From IMG/VR virus record IMGVR_UViG_3300040733_000128, positions 1 through 44,441 of that record: DNA of 44,441 bases; one strand, written 5' to 3'. A program made the position numbers and the translations under genes. The notes under the pieces are model-generated. The model had not been told where the DNA came from. It searched no databases and saw only the letters and a program-made list of their open reading frames with translations. Shown piece after piece: positions 1 through 8,394 of the stretch (position 1 is its first letter; each line of letters starts with the position of its first letter). This DNA comes from a virus. Taxonomy: Duplodnaviria; Caudoviricetes.

Positions 1-1134
1 TTACCTACGTCTCCGTCTTAAATCAATCACCTTTTCTCTTTCCTTGCCTCTTTGATCCAATAACTCACGCTGGCGGCTCGTGGTCGGCCTGAAATATCTC
101 CTTGTGCTTCTTAAATCAGCGTGACCCATAATTGCCTGTAGTTCGAGCTCACCGGCTCCAGTCTCAGCGAGTTGCGTTGCAAACCCATGGCGGTTGCTGT
201 ATAGCTCATATGGGATCTCTGCGTGCTTTCTCCACAGTACGCGCAGAAATTCCCCGGAATACCGCCGTTTTGTCTTCGGATTAATGAAAACAAAATCATC
301 ACCGATGCGGTCCCCGGATCTTGCCCGTATGATCTCATACGCGCGCGATGATAGCGTACGCCAGGTTTTGTTATGGCCCTTTGTCGTTTCTCTGATCTGG
401 CCCGCGCTCAATGTCCTCTGGATCAGCATCTTGCCGCTCATAAAATTGATGTCCATGATCTTGAGGGCGCAGGCCTCACCGGGCCTCAGACCGCTCTCCA
501 TCAGGAACTCAATAATATCCCTGTGCTCCTTGGGGATCCGAGCCAGGGCGGACAGCTGATCCTCATAGGTCGGCGCTTCTCTTGGTGCGCTATTACCAGG
601 CTCCAGCTCCGGGAACGTTGGCAATTCTTTAATTTCGCCCCACCTGAGAAGCCATCGCAGAAAAGCAAAAAGACACGCCATAATGTTATTCTTGTATTTC
701 CATGAAAGATGAGCGGGCAACTTTCGCCGATAGAAATCATCCAGGTGCTTCAGCTTGATGTCTCGCACATCACGATCCGTAAAATATCCAAGGTGATTGC
801 GATAGTATGTCCGGTATTTGTTGCTCGGGGCGTACTCTGCCTCTTTCTTATCAAGAAATCGATCGAAAGCGTTTTGAAAAAGCCGGTCCTCGATGGTTGC
901 GAGCATGTAATCGTTCGGGTTAAAAATGTGCTCTTGTATCTCGTTGTTAATAGTTATAAGCGTTTGCAATGCAGTTGTATATGTGTATGGTCGCCGGCTC
1001 TTGTCATAAAAAAACCTGTATTCTTTTCCTTCATGCCCGATCCTTATCACACATGCATCATATCCACATTTCGGGCAAGACCTGGATGTCCTCTTTATCA
1101 AACAATTCTGACATGCAACGGTTCCTCTCTCCAT
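1..1134 (-). CDS. int: Tyrosine recombinase/phage integrase
   Basis: GLRPGE (R), TTKG (K), YSNRH, MGH and RRYF catalytic motifs; N-terminal CxxC..CxxC. Start placed at ATG 1134 after RBS AGGAGG (frame open to 1203). Confidence 0.95.
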   Translation of the reverse strand: MERGTVACQNCLIKRTSRSCPKCGYDACVIRIGHEGKEYRFFYDKSRRPYTYTTALQTLITINNEIQEHIFNPNDYMLATIEDRLFQNAFDRFLDKKEAEYAPSNKYRTYYRNHLGYFTDRDVRDIKLKHLDDFYRRKLPAHLSWKYKNNIMACLFAFLRWLLRWGEIKELPTFPELEPGNSAPREAPTYEDQLSALARIPKEHRDIIEFLMESGLRPGEACALKIMDINFMSGKMLIQRTLSAGQIRETTKGHNKTWRTLSSRAYEIIRARSGDRIGDDFVFINPKTKRRYSGEFLRVLWRKHAEIPYELYSNRHGFATQLAETGAGELELQAIMGHADLRSTRRYFRPTTSRQRELLDQRGKEREKVIDLRRRRR

Positions 1135-1199
1135 GGCTAATACCTCCTGGAGAGAATCATATTCTCTTTGTGTTGATCCTGTCAATGGGAGGGGCTTTT

Positions 1200-1481
1200 T
1201 CATTTTTTTCCTTCCGCGTCGATCCTGCGGTTAATCTCGTTCTCTAAGGCCCTCCAGACTGCGTTGCCCTTGCCGCCCTTGAGCTCTATGTCGATCTGAA
1301 TGTTCTGGAGACAATGGATATTGACGTTCCGGATGTTCATATCGATATCTTTTTTTGTCCTGTAATAACACCGAACCTCGTCGCCACTCTGGCGCCACGA
1401 AAATCTGCGGAGGATCTTCTTAAGGTCCTCGACAGGGAAGGGCGAAGGCTCGGTTTTTATCGCTCTGGCCGGTTCAGGCAT
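1200..1481 (-). CDS. Hypothetical phage protein
   Basis: 93-aa ORF tiling with neighbours, GGAG upstream. Confidence 0.6.
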   Translation of the reverse strand: MPEPARAIKTEPSPFPVEDLKKILRRFSWRQSGDEVRCYYRTKKDIDMNIRNVNIHCLQNIQIDIELKGGKGNAVWRALENEINRRIDAEGKK

Positions 1482-1743
1482 AAATCTCCTTCTCGCGGAT
1501 CAGCCCCGCCTTGATTACCGTCAGCGTGCAGAGCTTGTGGTAGCAATTCTCATCTCGATCGTCCTGGACCATGGGGTGACATTGTGGCGCGAGGGGGCAG
1601 TTGTCGGGGCATTTTACGTCTGTATCCCATTTAAGGATGCTATCGTATAATGGTAAAAATCCCCGCGAGGCCCAGCCATGGGGGCCGAACCATATGATAT
1701 GATTGATTCCGGCGGGTCTGTCTATTTTATGTCTTATTATCAT
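1474..1743 (-). CDS. Hypothetical phage protein
   Basis: 89-aa ORF tiling in the early operon. Confidence 0.5.
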   Translation of the reverse strand: MIIRHKIDRPAGINHIIWFGPHGWASRGFLPLYDSILKWDTDVKCPDNCPLAPQCHPMVQDDRDENCYHKLCTLTVIKAGLIREKEIYA

Positions 1744-1758
1744 TATATTTACCGGTCA

Positions 1759-2253
1759 TCACTTCGCCTCGACGCACTGGCTGCATAGATCCTCTTCGAC
1801 CCATGAACACCCCCCAGGACAGGCTGCCATTTTACTACACCCGCATTTTCTGCATATAGGCAGCATTCCCGGGTCCCATCCCTCCAGATCCTCACGGATC
1901 ATTCTTATAACTGCCTCTCCGACCTGGTCTTTACTAAAATATCGTACCGGTTTCCCCTGGGTTTTTGTGTATTCGATCTCATTCGCGGTGCTCTCACCTA
2001 TGTAATGGGTATAATCAACGACAAAGACCTCGTCCGCAAGATCGATCTTCCGGAGATGCAGCTCATCCATCTCGTTCTTGCAGCCTTCATGTTCTGCGAG
2101 GTGATTTTTCGGGACATCAGGATACCACTGGGGCAGAAGATGCAGCCCCATTGCTATAGCCTTTTCGTCACGCTCGATGACCCAGGCGCATACGGCCATA
2201 ATGTCAACAAACCGGGACGATCCGCATAAGACGACTATTTTAGGTTTCATCAC
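1759..2253 (-). CDS. Nucleoside-deoxyribosyltransferase-like (DUF4406-like) protein with C-terminal Cys-rich module
   Basis: IVVLCGSSRF...HLRKIDLADEVFVV...YIGEST..EIEY pattern; C-terminal CRKCGC..CSWVEEDLCSQC. Confidence 0.7.
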   Translation of the reverse strand: MMKPKIVVLCGSSRFVDIMAVCAWVIERDEKAIAMGLHLLPQWYPDVPKNHLAEHEGCKNEMDELHLRKIDLADEVFVVDYTHYIGESTANEIEYTKTQGKPVRYFSKDQVGEAVIRMIREDLEGWDPGMLPICRKCGCSKMAACPGGCSWVEEDLCSQCVEAK

Positions 2254-3953
2254 TTCACCTTCAGTATCTCTTTCGGCACTTTGCCGGCGAGGTCGGCGCC
2301 GCTGTCCAGGAAGAGCCGGATCAGGTCCTTCTTTTTCATGCCGTCCCAGTTCTCCTTTTTCATCTTGAGCGTGCCGGCGGCGAATTCCTTGACCTTCGGA
2401 TCATCGAAGATCTTGAGGTCCTTGCCGATCTTGACGATCTCTGGGATAGTCTTGCACTGCAGGTATTCTTTCGTGAACCTCCAGTCCCGCGCCAGGTCGA
2501 TGCCGAGGTGTTTCGCTATCAGGTGCTTGACCCGCAAATTATCATTATTGTCATTTTGTGCTATCTGCTGCTCATCAAGCGTTCTGTACAATGCCGCCCC
2601 GAAGATCCATGACTGCAACATTAATGTATTCTGCTTTTCGAGTGCCTTCCATACTGGGAGTGACTGCCATGTATCACCAATCTTGTTTGCTTTCAGAAAT
2701 TCAATTTTGATGCCCCCGCTATGGAGCAGTTCGAAGGCCACGAGCCTTAATATTTGATCATTGCTGAGCTGCAAACTGTTAAATAAATTGGTTGCTTGTT
2801 GTCTAATCTCGTTTCGGTAGAAGCGGTCCTGGAACTCCGGGCCGTGGTCCTTCGGCGTTTTTGTCCGGCCCTCTGAGGATCCTCCGGAGCTGGAGACCTC
2901 AAAGGTCTTTTTGAAACAATTCTTGTCCCCGAAGCAGACCCTGCCATTGTGCTCGGTCAGGTCGATATTGATGACTGTCGTGTAATCCTTGCAGAGGGTG
3001 CAGGGGAGGTCTTTTTTCGCTTTTATGTGGTAGTCATAGATAGGCCGATAATCTTCGCCGTATCTTTGATTTTGTATATCCTCTCTGAATTGCCAGCCGG
3101 TCGTCTTATACTTTTTATAAAACTCGGTTGTCTGCCAGTTCTTTGAGAGCCATTCGGCCTGCTTCTTTTTGAAGCATGCAGGGTTCAGGCAACAGCCCTT
3201 TTTCTTCTCGTCTATGGCGAAATCATCACCGAAGAGACCGGCCTGGATCGACGAGTTCATCGTGCAGGCGGCGCACTGCTTCGTGTCGAATTTCGCGCCC
3301 GCCATCTTCGGGGCCATATTGTCGATCTCCTGTTTTAAACCCGCGACAGTCGGAGGGCCGTCGAAGTCCCACTCATCCTCGTCAGTGAGGGTTTTCAGGT
3401 ATTCCAGGATCTGCTCTTTACGGGAGAGCCGCATGAGCTGCTCGCAGTGGCCGTAGAGGATCTTGCCGTCCCTCCAGGCGTCGATGACCTGCTTCGGGAG
3501 CGTAAGGAGCCGGACGCGGCGCCTGATATACTGCTCGCCGATGCCGGTCCGCTGTGCGAGGTCTCCTGCCGCTTCCATGCCTTTCGCGTCGAGATAATGC
3601 TTGAAACATTCCGCCTCTTCGACCTCGTTCAGATCCTCGCGGTGCAGGTTCTCAATCGTCATCACATCGAAGGCCTCTTCATCGGTCATCTCCCGCACGA
3701 TTGCCGGGATCGCCGGCAACGCCGCCTTCTGTGATGCCCTGAAGCGCCGCTCTCCGGCGACGATCTGGAATGTCCCGTTGCCGTTCACGGGCCTCACGAG
3801 GATCGGCTCGAGAACGCCTTTCTGCCGGACCGACTCCACGAGGCTGTCGAATTCCGGGCCCTTGAAATTCTTCCGGGGGTTCAGGGGATTCGGGACTATG
3901 CTGTCTAGGTCGATATTAGCGTAATTTTCATGCTGGTATTTCGGCTCGCTCAT
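2250..3953 (-). CDS. ParB/RepB/Spo0J family protein with long C-terminal extension
   Basis: NPLNPRK, GVLEPILVRP, IVAGERRFRA, IENLHREDL, followed by an HTH. Confidence 0.9.
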   Translation of the reverse strand: MSEPKYQHENYANIDLDSIVPNPLNPRKNFKGPEFDSLVESVRQKGVLEPILVRPVNGNGTFQIVAGERRFRASQKAALPAIPAIVREMTDEEAFDVMTIENLHREDLNEVEEAECFKHYLDAKGMEAAGDLAQRTGIGEQYIRRRVRLLTLPKQVIDAWRDGKILYGHCEQLMRLSRKEQILEYLKTLTDEDEWDFDGPPTVAGLKQEIDNMAPKMAGAKFDTKQCAACTMNSSIQAGLFGDDFAIDEKKKGCCLNPACFKKKQAEWLSKNWQTTEFYKKYKTTGWQFREDIQNQRYGEDYRPIYDYHIKAKKDLPCTLCKDYTTVINIDLTEHNGRVCFGDKNCFKKTFEVSSSGGSSEGRTKTPKDHGPEFQDRFYRNEIRQQATNLFNSLQLSNDQILRLVAFELLHSGGIKIEFLKANKIGDTWQSLPVWKALEKQNTLMLQSWIFGAALYRTLDEQQIAQNDNNDNLRVKHLIAKHLGIDLARDWRFTKEYLQCKTIPEIVKIGKDLKIFDDPKVKEFAAGTLKMKKENWDGMKKKDLIRLFLDSGADLAGKVPKEILKVK

Positions 3954-4552
3954 GATTGCCCGCCCTCCTCGCTATGAGCTTCTTCCAGGAGTTCCTGCAA
4001 GTAGTTCAGGTTATAAAATATCTGGTATTCCACGGGACGGAATTCTCTTTGTGCTTCCACGAGGATTTTCCGCAAGAGATCTTCGTGACCGGCAAAATCA
4101 AGCGTAACCGATGTCGATATTTTTATATCAGCCGCCAGCGCAAGCCCGGTATTCTTACTGATGCGCGCACCCGTACGAGGTGCCCCGGTTTTCCCCTGGC
4201 CTGCGGGCGACCGAGGTTTTTCTTTGTTTTGTGGCTGTGCCGGGGGTTTGTTCGCCTTCTGTGATTTAGCAAAGTTCTTTTTCCCCTGGTTATATTTCCC
4301 TCTCTTTTTTACCGGCACATAAGGGTGTCCGTGTTTTTCCCGGTAATGCCGATAACACATGCCCTCTATGTTGCCCATCCTTTCGCATCCTTCCACCGAA
4401 CACTTCCTCTTTTCGCTCATACCTCCCTCCTTTTCGACCTCTATGATATTCTTACTGCCGCACATAAAACAGTGGCGGCCTATGACGCGGCGACACCTCT
4501 CGTCGTAATCATCTTTAATGTTCCCGGACCCGCAATCAGCACACCTGCGCAT
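3950..4552 (-). CDS. Hypothetical Cys-rich (Zn-binding) protein
   Basis: CADC..CFMC and CSVEGC..C.RH motifs; start at ATG 4552, or at ATG 4420 (strong RBS). Confidence 0.6.
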   Translation of the reverse strand: MRRCADCGSGNIKDDYDERCRRVIGRHCFMCGSKNIIEVEKEGGMSEKRKCSVEGCERMGNIEGMCYRHYREKHGHPYVPVKKRGKYNQGKKNFAKSQKANKPPAQPQNKEKPRSPAGQGKTGAPRTGARISKNTGLALAADIKISTSVTLDFAGHEDLLRKILVEAQREFRPVEYQIFYNLNYLQELLEEAHSEEGGQS

Positions 4553-4967
4553 ATTTGCACCCCGTACAGATAAAGCTCGGCCAGTTCTTGAATGCCGCGT
4601 ACCCGAGGCAATCGTTGTAATGCACACAGTCAATATACCGGAGGCGCGCGACATCCCGGACCTTGAAAATAGCGCCGAAGCGTTTCGGCGTCCCCGGGAG
4701 GTCCTCGTAATTAAGGGACCTCTTCCTGATCTGCTCCTCGAGGTCCGCTTTGCGCTCCGCCTCAGCCGCATCGATCGCCTGCATCGCCAACTTGCTCTCC
4801 GTTTCGCAAATAACGTAATCGGCTTCCCTTTCCTTTCGCGCTATCGAGCCATCCATCTTGCCGATATGCCAGGGATCCTGTTCGAAGGAGGCCCCGGGCC
4901 CCGTGTCAACGGCGGGACCCGGTTCTTTGGGGGTCATATGAGATGCTATGGAGGCGGATAGTTTCAT
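4536..4967 (-). CDS. Hypothetical protein with C-terminal 4-Cys motif
   Basis: 143-aa ORF with DCVHYNDCL..WPSFICTGC. Confidence 0.6.
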   Translation of the reverse strand: MKLSASIASHMTPKEPGPAVDTGPGASFEQDPWHIGKMDGSIARKEREADYVICETESKLAMQAIDAAEAERKADLEEQIRKRSLNYEDLPGTPKRFGAIFKVRDVARLRYIDCVHYNDCLGYAAFKNWPSFICTGCKYAQVC

Positions 4968-4968
4968 A

Positions 4969-5187
4969 TTATGCCGTGGTAAAAAGCTCCCTGAGGTCTT
5001 TCACCGGGCGCAGCGGAAACGGCAGGATCCTCTGAAATGCTTTGTTGACATAGGCGGCATAAATGCCTTTGACCTGAAATTTCAAAACATATATATCGCC
5101 GTACCGGTCTGCGGCAATGAGCGCACAGTTCTTCCTGTCCCTGTAATCCCCTATTTCACGGAATTCACGTATTTCAAGGTCTTTCAT
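4969..5187 (-). CDS. Hypothetical protein
   Basis: ATG 5187 with AGGAG upstream; 72 aa. Confidence 0.5.
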   Translation of the reverse strand: MKDLEIREFREIGDYRDRKNCALIAADRYGDIYVLKFQVKGIYAAYVNKAFQRILPFPLRPVKDLRELFTTA

Positions 5188-5428
5188 ATCTCCTATCCGC
5201 CTTTTTTTCGCTATTTCCCATTTTGGTTGCAGGGGCCGGAATTGAACCGGCGACATCCGGAGTATGAGCCCGGTACGCTGCCTCTGCGTCACCCTGCGAC
5301 AATTTTCCTCGGTCGGCTTTTAATATTTTATTCACTCTCCGGCGGGCGCCATCGTATGCTCCCGTGATATCGAGTATCACCAGGGCAGCCACGATGCACG
5401 CGATGATCACCGGCGTGATGAATTCCAT
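5174..5428 (-). CDS. Small membrane protein whose ORF spans the tRNA-Met gene
   Basis: RBS GGAGAAGGA; ATG overlaps the dnaN stop; hydrophobic N-terminus. Confidence 0.45.
   Translation of the reverse strand: MEFITPVIIACIVAALVILDITGAYDGARRRVNKILKADRGKLSQGDAEAAYRAHTPDVAGSIPAPATKMGNSEKKADRRYERP
5224..5298 (-). tRNA. tRNA-Met(CAT), initiator-like
   Basis: 75-nt cloverleaf CGCAGGG-TG-ACGC/GCGT-CCGGG CTCATAC TCCGG-GCCGG TTCAATT CCGGC-CCCTGCA-ACCA; C1:A72 mismatch; encoded CCA. Confidence 0.92.
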
Positions 5429-6837
5429 CAATCCTTCTCCTTTTTCTTACGCTTCTTCTGTTTCGGTTCTTTGGTCTTATCGCTTTCCCGATCGCCCTCC
5501 GACACGCAGGCGCTGCAGAGGTCCTCCTCTACCCAGTGGCATGGCTCGCCGGTCTTCTCGATGCACTGCGAGCAGTCGTCGTCCGTGCACCCGCATACGC
5601 GGCACCGCCTGGCCTTTGTCCCCGGATCATCCGGACCGGGAGGCTCTTCATGCCCTGTGCCATCCGGTTCCTGCTTTTTATGGAGGAGCGGCGGCACATC
5701 TACCCTGATCGGCATGATGACGCAGATATATTCCCCGGACGCCACAACGTCGTCGAACTGCACGGCCCCGTATGTCTCGTGATAGCGCATAATGACCCTG
5801 TCGCTGTCCAGGCGCTCCAGGGCGTCGAGGAGGAATTTTCCGTTGACCGCGAGATTGAGCGGGACCTCCGAGGAGTATTCGCACTCTATCCGTTCCCTTG
5901 CGTAACCGATATCGGACTCGACGGAGACCGTGATCCCTCCTCCGCCGCGCTGCAGGGCGACCACCGACTCCTTCTTCGCGATCGCCTCGATCCGCTTCAC
6001 GGCCGACAGGATATCGGCGCGGTTCATCGCAGCTACGTTTTTGTTGTTTGAGTCGATGATGCCCTCGTAATCGGGGAACGCGCCCTCCAGCGTCCGCATG
6101 ATCACCGTCACCGCCTCAGTCATGAACTGTACCTTGTTCTTCTCGATCACGACGCCTGCCCGGGCGGTTTCTCCTATGATCTCTTTCAGGATCTTCACGT
6201 TCCGCCCCGGTATGACGATCTGGGGCGTGTCCGGAGGATCTTCCGGCAGCGGCCTGGTCCACAACGCGAGCCTGAATCCATCGGTAGCGCAAACGATGAG
6301 CCTGCCGCGATTGACCTGCATCATGAGCCCGGTGAGGATATAACGGGCCTCGTCGGCGCTCACCGCGTAGAGCGTCTTCCCGATCGCCATCGTAAGCTCC
6401 GCCCCGGTGAGGTGGAAGGCCTCGGATTCGTTCAGCGCCTCTACCTCCGGGAACTCCTCCGGGTCCGCGAGCGAAATGCCCGCCTCGAAATCGCCGGATA
6501 TGATGACGAGCTGCTTCCCGTCGTCGGCGAGCGACAGCGAGACTTCGTCTCTCGTGATCCCGGCGAGGACCTCCGCGAGGATCCCTCCGGAGATGCAGAT
6601 ATTAATCTCCTCGTTGACCTGTGCCGTGAATCCTGTGATCGCGCTAATCTCCAGGTCTGTTGCTCTGATTGACCCTCCAGGCTTCGCGACGACGAGGACG
6701 TTCCGCAGGACCGGCATGAGCGACCGGAGCTTCGTGATCCCTTTCAGGCGGTTGATCCTGTCGAGCAGGTACTGCCGTTTCATCGTTATCTCCATGGTTT
6801 TAAATTCCTCCGCGTTGTATGTTTTTTCATGCGGCAT
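5428..6837 (-). CDS. dnaN: DNA polymerase III beta sliding clamp with C-terminal Cys-rich extension
   Basis: PVLRNVL, ATDLE, DEARYILTG, ATDGFRLA, FPDYE and VIMPIR motifs. Confidence 0.92.
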   Translation of the reverse strand: MPHEKTYNAEEFKTMEITMKRQYLLDRINRLKGITKLRSLMPVLRNVLVVAKPGGSIRATDLEISAITGFTAQVNEEINICISGGILAEVLAGITRDEVSLSLADDGKQLVIISGDFEAGISLADPEEFPEVEALNESEAFHLTGAELTMAIGKTLYAVSADEARYILTGLMMQVNRGRLIVCATDGFRLALWTRPLPEDPPDTPQIVIPGRNVKILKEIIGETARAGVVIEKNKVQFMTEAVTVIMRTLEGAFPDYEGIIDSNNKNVAAMNRADILSAVKRIEAIAKKESVVALQRGGGGITVSVESDIGYARERIECEYSSEVPLNLAVNGKFLLDALERLDSDRVIMRYHETYGAVQFDDVVASGEYICVIMPIRVDVPPLLHKKQEPDGTGHEEPPGPDDPGTKARRCRVCGCTDDDCSQCIEKTGEPCHWVEEDLCSACVSEGDRESDKTKEPKQKKRKKKEKD

Positions 6838-6973
6838 TCCTTATCCGGTTTATCCGCCTGGACCGCCGGGCGATCGCATTTCTCTTTTTTCTTTTCTTAC
6901 GGTATTGAATCAGCCAGGTTGAGGGTCCCTCCTTTTCCGGGGCAATCTCTTCAGGGACACTGCTATCAAACAT
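6827..6973 (-). CDS. Small Arg/Lys-rich protein
   Basis: RBS AAGGAG, ATG 6973; RKKRKKRNAIARRSRRINR. Confidence 0.5.
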   Translation of the reverse strand: MFDSSVPEEIAPEKEGPSTWLIQYRKKRKKRNAIARRSRRINRIRNAA

Positions 6974-6974
6974 A

Positions 6975-7358
6975 TTATTCGTCTCCTTCGTTCTTCCGGG
7001 CGATCTCGGGCAGGCAAATATCCACGATAAATCTCTTCGCCATCGCGCCGAGCTGCGCCGCTTCCTCGAGCATCTTCTCCGGACTCCGGGATTCCGGGTT
7101 CTTTTTGATCTCATCCCAGAGCTCGTCAAGTTCTTCTTTGATCACTGCAATACCTTCGTGCGCGCTATGAAACGGCCCGAACCTGTTCGCCGCTTTATAG
7201 TATTCGTTTACGATGGCGCTCATCGCCAGCGTTCTTCTGTTCTCTATTTCATGCGGCGTGCCATCATAGGTAAGAGGATAAGGTCCGAGCGGAGGAGGAG
7301 AAGGTGGAGGCGGAGGTTTAACTGCATTCGTGGGCTTTATATTTGATTCTTTTTTCAT
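6975..7358 (-). CDS. MazG-like all-alpha NTP pyrophosphohydrolase-like protein
   Basis: HEGIAVIKEELDELWDEIK...EEAAQLGAMA pattern. Confidence 0.6.
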   Translation of the reverse strand: MKKESNIKPTNAVKPPPPPSPPPLGPYPLTYDGTPHEIENRRTLAMSAIVNEYYKAANRFGPFHSAHEGIAVIKEELDELWDEIKKNPESRSPEKMLEEAAQLGAMAKRFIVDICLPEIARKNEGDE

Positions 7359-7705
7359 CTGGCATCTCTATCTTTCTCATTTTTCCGGATCCTGTAATCT
7401 GCGAAGACTCCCTGAAAATCCTTTTGCTCCAAGAACCTCTGCATCTGGAGCTGGCGGTGGAGCTTCCGCTCGCTGTGTTCCTTGTTGAGCATGACCTGTG
7501 AGATCGCACAGAAGAATGTGCCGGCAAGAATGATGACCATCAGGATCCTCTCGAACCTATCGAGGCGCAGCCGGCGGGATAAACGAAGATAGATCGAGGG
7601 AACCGCCGGCAGGCGGGCCCCCTCTTTAACGTATATGGGGCGGTTATAATCGGCCGGGCCGTGACCGCCCTTTTTGATATTCGTTTTTCTATAAGCTGTC
7701 ATCAT
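7355..7705 (-). CDS. Hypothetical membrane protein
   Basis: One hydrophobic segment; overlapping start/stop junctions on both sides. Confidence 0.55.
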   Translation of the reverse strand: MMTAYRKTNIKKGGHGPADYNRPIYVKEGARLPAVPSIYLRLSRRLRLDRFERILMVIILAGTFFCAISQVMLNKEHSERKLHRQLQMQRFLEQKDFQGVFADYRIRKNEKDRDAR

Positions 7706-8163
7706 TTTACCGTTTCCCTGACGAGGGCGATGAGGGCGCCGATCGCACGGAGCGCTTCCTCACCTTCACGTATGATCCTCCCAGCTTCGGCACGGCGTTC
7801 TATCCTGCCGTCAGCCAGAGCCGCCGATGTCGCCTGTACGAGGTCGGAAAATTCTTTGATCGTCTTGATGAGCTCGGTATTGACCACGTCGCCATCGCCT
7901 TTCGGCAGGTGGAAGCATACGAGGTCGAAGCGGTGATTGAGCCAGTAGACAGGGGACAGGGCGTCCTCCTGGCTCACGCCGAGTACCATCGCCGTATCGA
8001 CGATCGCCTCGATGCGGTCCAGCGGATTGTACGCCCCCGAATCCGTAAAGTCGGTATGCGGCTCCTGCCACTTGCCGATCAGGCTCGAGGACTTGCCGAG
8101 CCGTTTCGCGTGCTCCACGGTCTTTCCCTGGATTGCCCTCTGTATTGCTTCGTAGCTCTTCAT
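7702..8163 (-). CDS. Phage regulatory protein, CII-like
   Basis: N-terminal HTH (AKRLGKSSSLIGKW) and C-terminal KEFSDLVQATSAALADGRIERRAE; divergent from the repressor. Confidence 0.75.
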   Translation of the reverse strand: MKSYEAIQRAIQGKTVEHAKRLGKSSSLIGKWQEPHTDFTDSGAYNPLDRIEAIVDTAMVLGVSQEDALSPVYWLNHRFDLVCFHLPKGDGDVVNTELIKTIKEFSDLVQATSAALADGRIERRAEAGRIIREGEEALRAIGALIALVRETVK

Positions 8164-8233
8164 TACAGACCCCCAAATTGTTCATAATTGCCTTTCATGC
8201 AACATGTGACATAATTAGATATGGCGAAAATGA

Positions 8234-8263
8234 TTGACAAAAACCCCCACCGCGTGGCAAAAT
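8234..8263 (+). promoter_or_regulatory. Candidate rightward (establishment-type) promoter toward the repressor
   Basis: TTGACA-18 nt-CAAAAT with TG extension. Confidence 0.4.
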
Positions 8264-8305
8264 CGTTCAAGGGTTCATGGGGGAATTTCACCACGCGTAA
8301 GGGGG
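8239..8305 (-). terminator. Terminator/attenuator-like stem in the lytic leader
   Basis: CCCCC-TTA-CGCGTGGTGAAAT...ATTTTGCCACGCG-GT-GGGGG followed by TTTTT on the minus strand. Confidence 0.55.
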
Positions 8306-8394
8306 CCGAGTTTTTTGATGTGAAGGAAATTGAACGATTAAGCCCTTTCACCCTTCTTTTTCCACAAGTTATTCCATGGAACCCCATAATGGAA

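Noticed and set aside
7289-7317. GGA-rich repeat
   Set aside because: Low-complexity poly-Pro coding sequence on the minus strand.
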